A stretch of 64,000 bases of DNA from Candidatus Algichlamydia australiensis (GTDB lineage Bacteria > Chlamydiota > Chlamydiia > Chlamydiales > JAJFMI01). Shown here piece by piece: positions 57,500 to 64,000 of this stretch. Location of the stretch: positions 64,001 through 128,000 of the forward strand of contig JAXCHI010000002.1 of NCBI GenBank assembly GCA_033977065.1, given 5' to 3'. Made by a program: the position numbers and the translations under genes. Position 1 is the stretch's first letter. Every line of letters begins with the position of its first letter. The notes below the pieces were generated by a model. The model was not told where the DNA came from. It did not search any database and saw only the letters and a program-made list of their open reading frames with translations.

Positions 57500-58388
57500 A
57501 AAACTTAAGGAATTTTTTTGTTACAACTCTCACGGGCAAGAACGCTTGCCAGCAGTTTTCGCGCATGCGAAAACCCATGCCCTTGAAATTGGGTAGAGGA
57601 AAGGGGAGTGTGGCGATTTCATTAATGGTGAAATCGGGCCGCCAGAGCAGAACTCTTTTTTTATTCCCTGAAATCGTAAAGGTAGGGATACCAAGATTGG
57701 ATGCGAGGTGACCAATGCCAGAATCATTGCCGATAAGAGCGCCTGATTCGTAGATGTGGGCGGCCGTCTCATGTAGGTTTGCAAAATAGGGGAGAGAAAT
57801 TCCTTCTTCTTCGACAAATTCCCAATAAGGGCGCTCATCTGGACTTGTGGCAAAGCTGATTGTAAATCCTTTTTTTTGTAGACGCCTTGCGAGTTCTACA
57901 AACTGTTTTGGTAACCAGTTGCGTTTTATATCTGCTGAGGTGGGGTGAATCACAATCTGTTTTTTGTTTTTGCGAAAGGTTCCTTGAGGCAGCGCAATCC
58001 CGTTTTCTCGGCCCACTTTTTTCTGTAAAATATGGCTTAAAGCATTTTGTAGGTTTGTTGCAACAGGGGTTTTAGAATCGAAAAGATAATCTTGGGGCTG
58101 CATCGCTTTGCATGGTGTGGGAAAAAGAAAGCGGAGTGCCGGATATTTTCTTCTATTGCGTAAAAGTTCCCAAGCGCGTTTTGAGTTGTCATTCAAAACA
58201 AGAATCAGGTCAGCATCAAGACTCTCTTCTGGGAAGCAAATTTTTCTATTGGGGAAAAGGGGAATGAGCAGATCCGCTTTTTCATGGTAGAGCGTGGTCT
58301 CATATCTCGCTTGTTGCAATTGATGATGGGCAATCATCATCAATAATCCATCGCCGATTCCGTTTGGGGAGAGAAGAAGCGCTTTCAC
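57471..58388 (-). CDS. Glycosyltransferase family 9 (heptosyltransferase-like), paralog
   Basis: GIGDGLL, IHPTSADIKRNW and IGNDSGIGHLASNLG motifs. Confidence 0.88.
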   Translation of the reverse strand: MKALLLSPNGIGDGLLMMIAHHQLQQARYETTLYHEKADLLIPLFPNRKICFPEESLDADLILVLNDNSKRAWELLRNRRKYPALRFLFPTPCKAMQPQDYLFDSKTPVATNLQNALSHILQKKVGRENGIALPQGTFRKNKKQIVIHPTSADIKRNWLPKQFVELARRLQKKGFTISFATSPDERPYWEFVEEEGISLPYFANLHETAAHIYESGALIGNDSGIGHLASNLGIPTFTISGNKKRVLLWRPDFTINEIATLPFPLPNFKGMGFRMRENCWQAFLPVRVVTKKFLKFYETCCAHSL

Positions 58389-59947
58389 AACTCCTCTTCT
58401 TCTGCCTCTCCAATCAACGCTTCAGAGCGCCAAATAACACTTGCTGCTGAGGCGCTACTTTTTAGAGATTCCATCACAACTTTTGCAGGATCTAAAACTC
58501 CGGCATGAATCAAATCTTCCATCTGACCATTTTTGGCGTTGAACCCAAAGGCCCCTTCATGCGATTTAGCTTCGTGAAGAAGAGGAGCTGCCTCATATCC
58601 TGAGTTCTCTACAATTTGGCGGAAGGGGGCTTCACACGCTTTTGCTAAAATCGTAGCACCTATCTGCTCATCAGCAGAAAGACCCAATTCACCTATGCTA
58701 TCTGCGGCGCGCAGAAGTGCAATCCCTCCACCCACAACAATGCCTTCTTCGATAGCTGCACGAGTAGCGTTTAAACTATCTTGAAAACGCTGTTTAATCG
58801 CTTTCATTTCAGGTTCTGTTGGTGCTCCTACCTCAATTACAACAACTCCACCCAAAAGTTTTGCCTTGCGTTTCTCTAATTTCTCTTTTTCAAAAGAAAC
58901 TTCGGTACTTTGCAGTGCGTGATCAATCTCTGCTGCTCTATCGACAGGATTGCCCGCTCCGCCTAAAATTAGGGTGCGATCTTTTGTGATTTCAATGCGG
59001 CTTGCTGATCCTAAAACATCGACGTCTGCTGTTTTAAGTTGCATGCCCTTCTCTTCAGAAACAGAAGTAGCCCCAGTAAGAGCAGCTAGGTCTTCAAGCT
59101 GCGCTTTGCGCTCCTCTCCAAATCCTGGTGCCTTGATTGCGGCAATACGAAGAGAGCCTCGCAGACGATTGATGACAAGAGTAGAAAGAGCATCACCCTC
59201 AATATCCTCTGCAATAATCAGTAATGGCTGTCCCGATCCAGAAATCGCTTGCAAGATGGGTAAAATCTCTTGCACAGAAGAGATCTTTTTATCGGTGATT
59301 AAGATTTTGGGATTTTCTAAAACTGCTTTAAGATCTTCGGTGCAAAAGTGGCGAGAGAGGTAGCCGCGGTCAATCTCTAAGCCTTCAACAGTTTTGATTT
59401 CACTTGAAGTGCCGCGTCCCTCTTCAATAGTAATGACTCCCTCTTTGCCCGCTTTTTCAAAGGCTTTTGCAATCATCTCACCAATTTCTTGATTTCCCGA
59501 TGCTGAAACGGTGGCAATCGATGCAATCTGTTTTTCAATTTGAGTAGCGTTTGCGTGCACATTTTCTACAATGGCATCTAAAGCTTTTTCCATACCACGC
59601 AGCAAAAGAGTAGGACTGTGACCAGCAGCAATTTGTTTAACTCCTTCAGAGGCCAAACTATCTAGAAGAATAAGGCCTGTCGTGGTTCCATCACCGCAGC
59701 GATCTTTAATTTTTTGCGCAACTTCTTTTCCAAGGGAGATTCCCATATTGTAGTACTGATCGCGATCTTCGATCTCATCGACAATACTGCCGCCATCATC
59801 TGTAATTTTAGGGGCTCCCCATGAGACATCAAGTCCTACAGATCGACCTTTTGGCCCAAGAGTGGGAGCGACAACGTCGCGTAACTTTTTTACACCTTTT
59901 TTCAGTTTTTCTCTCGCTTCTTCTTCAAACAGAATTTCTTTGGCCAT
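58385..59947 (-). CDS. groEL: Divergent chaperonin GroEL paralog
   Basis: MAKEILF, TLGPKGR, GDGTTT, DRGYLS and KAPGFG motifs; no GGM tail and no adjacent groES. Confidence 0.92.
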   Translation of the reverse strand: MAKEILFEEEAREKLKKGVKKLRDVVAPTLGPKGRSVGLDVSWGAPKITDDGGSIVDEIEDRDQYYNMGISLGKEVAQKIKDRCGDGTTTGLILLDSLASEGVKQIAAGHSPTLLLRGMEKALDAIVENVHANATQIEKQIASIATVSASGNQEIGEMIAKAFEKAGKEGVITIEEGRGTSSEIKTVEGLEIDRGYLSRHFCTEDLKAVLENPKILITDKKISSVQEILPILQAISGSGQPLLIIAEDIEGDALSTLVINRLRGSLRIAAIKAPGFGEERKAQLEDLAALTGATSVSEEKGMQLKTADVDVLGSASRIEITKDRTLILGGAGNPVDRAAEIDHALQSTEVSFEKEKLEKRKAKLLGGVVVIEVGAPTEPEMKAIKQRFQDSLNATRAAIEEGIVVGGGIALLRAADSIGELGLSADEQIGATILAKACEAPFRQIVENSGYEAAPLLHEAKSHEGAFGFNAKNGQMEDLIHAGVLDPAKVVMESLKSSASAASVIWRSEALIGEAEEEEL

Positions 59948-60054
59948 TCAATCTCCTCCTGAATGAAGAAGATACTAAAATTGGAGGAAATAGGCAAATT
60001 TTTCCTATTTTCCTCATTTCTTTAGTAAAGTATATTAAAAATAGAGGGAGTTCT

Positions 60055-60663
60055 ATGCGTATTTTTGTTTTTTGTTTGTTTTTTTTAGTTTCTGTTTTTG
60101 CAACAGAGGTAAAAAACTTCGAATCATATAAAAGTGAATATATAACGATTAAAAAAGAGCTTTCCTCCCTTTGTGGTGAAGCAGAACTTTTGGAGAAGCG
60201 CTACAAAGAGTATGCGCAAGAATTTGCAAGTGAGTTAGAGGCCGCAGAGGTGAAATTCACACAAATCCAAGAAGAGATGGTTCGCCTTCGAAAGAGCCCT
60301 GCCCTCGGGTTTGAAGGTCGCAGAAATGAGAATCAGTACATCGAGAATAAAAAAGCAATTGTCACAGTAAGAAAACAACTTATCTATCTGCAAAACAAAG
60401 GAAAGAAAAAACTAGAATCTTACAAAACAGCCTTGCAGGAGACGCAAAAGCGCATGCAGTATCTTGAGAAGCGCCAAGCAGAAATTAAAACCCATCTTTA
60501 CGAGAGTGTTGACTTAGCGCAAAAAGAGATGATTGCTTCAAAAAAAGCACTGCTTTCAGCTCTTAAGTCACGAAAAACAGGACTCGAGACCTACCAAGAG
60601 GCGTATCAGAATGCGTTGCAAAATTATAGGTCAATAAAAGAAAAAATCGACTCTTATTTGTAA
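60055..60663 (+). CDS. Hypothetical secreted coiled-coil protein
   Basis: MRIFVFCLFFLVSVFA signal peptide, E/K/Q-rich helix, SD GAGGGAG. Confidence 0.7.
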   Translation: MRIFVFCLFFLVSVFATEVKNFESYKSEYITIKKELSSLCGEAELLEKRYKEYAQEFASELEAAEVKFTQIQEEMVRLRKSPALGFEGRRNENQYIENKKAIVTVRKQLIYLQNKGKKKLESYKTALQETQKRMQYLEKRQAEIKTHLYESVDLAQKEMIASKKALLSALKSRKTGLETYQEAYQNALQNYRSIKEKIDSYL

Positions 60664-60664
60664 C

Positions 60665-61459
60665 TTAAGTTTTATAGAGGTTTTTTTTGGAGATGCCTTT
60701 GAGTTCAGCAGCTACTTTTATTGCCTCTTTGCGCATGAGGGTAAATTCTTGCTCAAGTTTTTCCATTAGTTCTTCGGCAGAGAGGTCTTCAAAAGCTTTG
60801 GTCTGGCCTTCACCTTTGAGAATCAGAACCATTTCACCTTTGGGTTCTCTGTTTTGAAAATGTGCCACCAGATCTTTTGCCCTATCAAATAGAAATTCCT
60901 CAAACTTTTTTGTGAGCTCGCGGCAGACCGCAACCTCCATTTCAGGAGGGAGTGCTTCTAAGGCTTTTTTTAAGTGGTGAGGAGTTTCATAAAAAAGCGA
61001 AAGACCGGGGTAGCAGTAGGCTTTGGCAAAGAGCTTTTTCATTTCGCCTGTTTTTTTGGGGACAAACCCAAGAAACTGGAATGGAGTTGCCTCTAAGCCA
61101 GAGAGGGAGAGAGCAGTGGGAATGGCGCAAGGACCGGGAAGAGCAGTAATAGAAATGTTTTCTTGATGGCAGCGTGCAACTAGTCGCGTACCGGGATCCT
61201 GAATAAGTGGCGTTCCCGCATCACTAATTAAGGCAATTTGCTCGCCATTTTGCAGTTTTTGTACAATTTCTTCTTCGCGTTTGGCCTCAGAAAAACTATG
61301 AAAAGAGAGGGTCTTTGTTGCAATTTCATATTTTTTTAAAAGTGTTGAGGCGTGACGTGTATCTTCGCACAGAATGAGATCGCACTCTTTCAAAACACGG
61401 ATTGCGCGCAGAGTCATATCTTCTAAGTTGCCGATAGGTGTAGGGACAATGTAGAGCAT
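60665..61459 (-). CDS. rsmI: 16S rRNA C1402 2'-O-methyltransferase
   Basis: LYIVPTPIGNLEDMT, CEDTR, SDAGTPLIQDPG and RELTKKFEE motifs. Confidence 0.95.
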   Translation of the reverse strand: MLYIVPTPIGNLEDMTLRAIRVLKECDLILCEDTRHASTLLKKYEIATKTLSFHSFSEAKREEEIVQKLQNGEQIALISDAGTPLIQDPGTRLVARCHQENISITALPGPCAIPTALSLSGLEATPFQFLGFVPKKTGEMKKLFAKAYCYPGLSLFYETPHHLKKALEALPPEMEVAVCRELTKKFEEFLFDRAKDLVAHFQNREPKGEMVLILKGEGQTKAFEDLSAEELMEKLEQEFTLMRKEAIKVAAELKGISKKNLYKT

Positions 61460-61465
61460 AAGATA

Positions 61466-61536
61466 AGGTGGCACCCAGATTCGAACTGGGGATAGAGGCT
61501 TTGCAGGCCCCGGCCTTACCACTTGGCTATGCCACC
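61466..61536 (-). tRNA. tRNA-Cys (GCA), CCA not encoded
   Basis: GGTGGCATAGCCAAGTGGTAAGGCCGGGGCCTGCAAAGCCTCTATCCCCAGTTCGAATCTGGGTGCCACCT folds as a cloverleaf. Confidence 0.95.
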
Positions 61537-61784
61537 ACTACGGAAATACTGAACAACTCGGACTTTCCAATAAGGTCTTGAAAATTGGCCAAATTCAATT
61601 TTTCGAACTCGCTAACTCTTGTGGAGTTAGTTCCGCTCTGTAAAATTGATTTTGTCACAATTTTGAAGCCCTTCTTGAAAAGAGCACTTGCTTCAGTATC
61701 TCCTCATCAAGACATTATACATTTGGAAGAATTATCTCGCAAACAAGTGGAAAGGTTTCTCGCAATTCCAGTATGGTTGGAGAC

Positions 61785-62966
61785 ATGAGAGTTGCAATTG
61801 ATAGCCGGCAAGTTCGTCCTGGAATGACCTTTTTTGCCTTGAAGGGGGAGAAAGTGGATGGACACTCTTTTTTAGAAGAGGCGGCGAAAAGAGGTGCTGT
61901 AAAGGCAATAGTTGAAGAAGGATATCAAGGTCCGGACTTTGGAATGGAGCTTGCTTCTGTCTCTGATGTAGAAGAGGAGTTGCAGAGACAGGCAAAGGAG
62001 TTTCGCAAAAAAATTCAGGCAAAAGTAGTTGGGGTTACGGGATCAGTTGGTAAAACAACAGCTAAAGAATTTATTGCTACTCTTCTAGAATCTTCTTTTC
62101 GTGTGGATAAGAGTGTTGGGAGTTTCAACTCCCAATTGACACTCCCTCTTTCTATTTTAAATGCCGATCTTGACGCAGAGGTGCTAGTTCTCGAAATGGG
62201 GATGAGCAAACCAGGAGAGTTGGCAAAGCTTACGGAAATTGCACAGCCGGAAATTGCAGTTATAACAAAGATCGCTTACTCGCATAGCGAGAACTTTGCA
62301 GATCTAAATGGAATAGCGCAAGCAAAGGCAGAAATTTTGCAAAGTCCTCGCTTAAAAAAAACGTTTGTAGGAAAGCAGGCGAAGAGCTTTTCTCCATTTT
62401 CGTCCGGAGAGGTCCCAGAAGAGTCCAGCATTGTGCTGCCATTTGAAGCTTACCATTTGCAAGAAAATTTTATTCTTGCAAAAGCTGTTGCAGAGTATCT
62501 CGGAGTCCCTTTTTTAGAAATTTGCAAGCAGGCAAAAAAGCTCTCCCCTTTTTCTCATAGATTTGAGAGAATAACCTTAGGTGGCATCACTTTTATTGAC
62601 GATTCTTACAATGCAAATCCTGCATCTATGAAGGCAGCGTTGCAAAATTTACCTGAAGGTAAACGGAGGATTGCTGTACTGGGTGAGATGCGTGAATTGG
62701 GAAAATTTTCTCAAATATCACATGAACAGATAGGAAGCATTGCGGCAGAAGAGGTGGACCTCCTCTTTACTTTGGGTGAAGAGGCAAAGGTGCTCTTTGA
62801 CCGTTTTGCTCTTTCAAAAAAGATGGCCTGCCACTTTACAGATAAAGAGAAGCTACTGCAAGCTCTTCGCTCCGAGGTTTGTGCAGGTGATGTAGTGCTT
62901 CTAAAAGGCTCAAACTCTTTACAAATGTGGACGTTACTTGATCACTTCTCTTCTACAATGGTTTGA
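61785..62966 (+). CDS. murF: UDP-MurNAc-tripeptide:D-Ala-D-Ala ligase (compact)
   Basis: IDSRQV, GVTGSVGKTTAKE, VLEMGM, DDSYNANP, VLGEMRELG and LKGS motifs. The start could be 61773. Confidence 0.93.
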   Translation: MRVAIDSRQVRPGMTFFALKGEKVDGHSFLEEAAKRGAVKAIVEEGYQGPDFGMELASVSDVEEELQRQAKEFRKKIQAKVVGVTGSVGKTTAKEFIATLLESSFRVDKSVGSFNSQLTLPLSILNADLDAEVLVLEMGMSKPGELAKLTEIAQPEIAVITKIAYSHSENFADLNGIAQAKAEILQSPRLKKTFVGKQAKSFSPFSSGEVPEESSIVLPFEAYHLQENFILAKAVAEYLGVPFLEICKQAKKLSPFSHRFERITLGGITFIDDSYNANPASMKAALQNLPEGKRRIAVLGEMRELGKFSQISHEQIGSIAAEEVDLLFTLGEEAKVLFDRFALSKKMACHFTDKEKLLQALRSEVCAGDVVLLKGSNSLQMWTLLDHFSSTMV

Positions 62967-64000
62967 ACAAGCGGGATGGCATGTGCCGGCTGTTTTCTTT
63001 TATCTCTCCACGCGCATGATTCTTGCTGCGCTCTTTTCCCTCATGTTTACGATTTGTTTCGGTCCTTTTTTTATTCGCAAGCTTACAGAATTGAAAATGG
63101 GGCAGCCGATTCGCAAAACAGAAGCACCTCGCTTAGGAGAGTTGCATGCAAAAAAAGATAATACTCCAACGATGGGAGGGATTCTTATTGTTGCTTCCGG
63201 TCTATCATCTCTGCTTCTCTTTTCGCGGTTAACCACTCCTTACACTTGGATTCTTTTTATCTCAACAATCTGGCTCGGGGTCATTGGTGGGTATGATGAT
63301 TACTTGAAACTGAAGCATAAAAATCCCAAAGGACTTTCGGGAAGAAAAAAATTTTTGGGACAGCTCTTGCTCGCTATTGGGATTGGAGTCTATCTTTTTT
63401 GGCCCGCAAAAGAGTCCATTCCTTACTTCTTTCCTTTTTTCAAAAATCCTATTTTTATCCTCTCTGGAGTTGGTCTGATCGTCGCATTTTTGATTACGCT
63501 TTTTGTTATTGTAGGAGGCTCAAACAGCGTCAATTTAACAGACGGCTTAGATGGTTTAGCTTCAGGGCTTTTGGTTTTTGTCTTTCTTGTCTTTGCGCTT
63601 ATAGCTTTTTTAAGTAATAATCTTAAGATCGCAAATTACCTCAATCTTCTCTATATCGAAGGGAGCGGTGAGATTGCTGTTTACTTAAGTGCTCTTTTTG
63701 GGGCATCTCTCGGATTTTTGTGGTTTAACGGCCATCCTGCACAAGTTTTTATGGGAGATGTGGGATCGCTCACTTTGGGGGGAATCATGGGAGTTTCGGC
63801 TGTTTTACTCAGACGCGAATTTCTTCTCGCAATTGTAGGTGGGATTTTTGTTGCAGAGGCGCTTTCGGTCATTTTGCAGGTGGGGTTCTATAAATGGAAA
63901 AAGCGGCGCATTTTTCTTTGCGCGCCTCTGCACCACCATTTTGAGTACAAAGGCTGGCCCGAAACAAAAGTTGTCTTGCGTTTTTGGATCATTGGACTTA
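62938..64000 (+). CDS. mraY: Phospho-MurNAc-pentapeptide transferase (3' truncated by the window)
   Basis: Manual translation from TTG 62938 gives KKDNTPTMGG, GGYDDYLK, NSVNLTDGLDGLA, FMGDVGS and APLHHHFE. Confidence 0.95.
   Translation, partial: MITSLLQWFEQAGWHVPAVFFYLSTRMILAALFSLMFTICFGPFFIRKLTELKMGQPIRKTEAPRLGELHAKKDNTPTMGGILIVASGLSSLLLFSRLTTPYTWILFISTIWLGVIGGYDDYLKLKHKNPKGLSGRKKFLGQLLLAIGIGVYLFWPAKESIPYFFPFFKNPIFILSGVGLIVAFLITLFVIVGGSNSVNLTDGLDGLASGLLVFVFLVFALIAFLSNNLKIANYLNLLYIEGSGEIAVYLSALFGASLGFLWFNGHPAQVFMGDVGSLTLGGIMGVSAVLLRREFLLAIVGGIFVAEALSVILQVGFYKWKKRRIFLCAPLHHHFEYKGWPETKVVLRFWIIGL

Noticed and set aside
61585..61788. 67-aa ORF overlapping the murF start (ATGA)
   Set aside because: TTG start and no recognisable motif. 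The coupling is suggestive but not enough to call a gene.

Overview
This is a chromosomal segment of an environmental chlamydia (Chlamydiota). The assignment rests on chlamydial gene order and families: CT066/ddbA-like gene then ytgABCD-dxr-rseP with a YtgC-YtgR fusion, hrcA-grpE-dnaK, serS-VIT1-zntA, a UPF0158 gene, fused E1 alpha/beta, hprK-ptsI, ybaB-dnaX and murF-mraY. Most of it is compact housekeeping DNA with two tRNAs (His, Cys). A few AT-rich accessory genes are present: a paralogous pair of 4-TM proteins, an ankyrin protein, a stand-alone LanM-type DUF4135 kinase-like gene and an Rpn nuclease. The most unusual content is non-coding: several families of about 160-167 bp imperfect-palindrome miniature elements, two of them clearly TA-flanked. 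They nest inside each other, share cores or ends across families, show compensatory base changes, and one type carries a roughly 230 nt GC-rich structured cargo. A three-element array of them (46121-46855) splits a gene for a predicted secreted protein, and exact removal of the array restores a 150-codon ORF. No transposase that would obviously mobilise them is in the window. All calls come from reading the sequence and from recalled family motifs; no searches were run.
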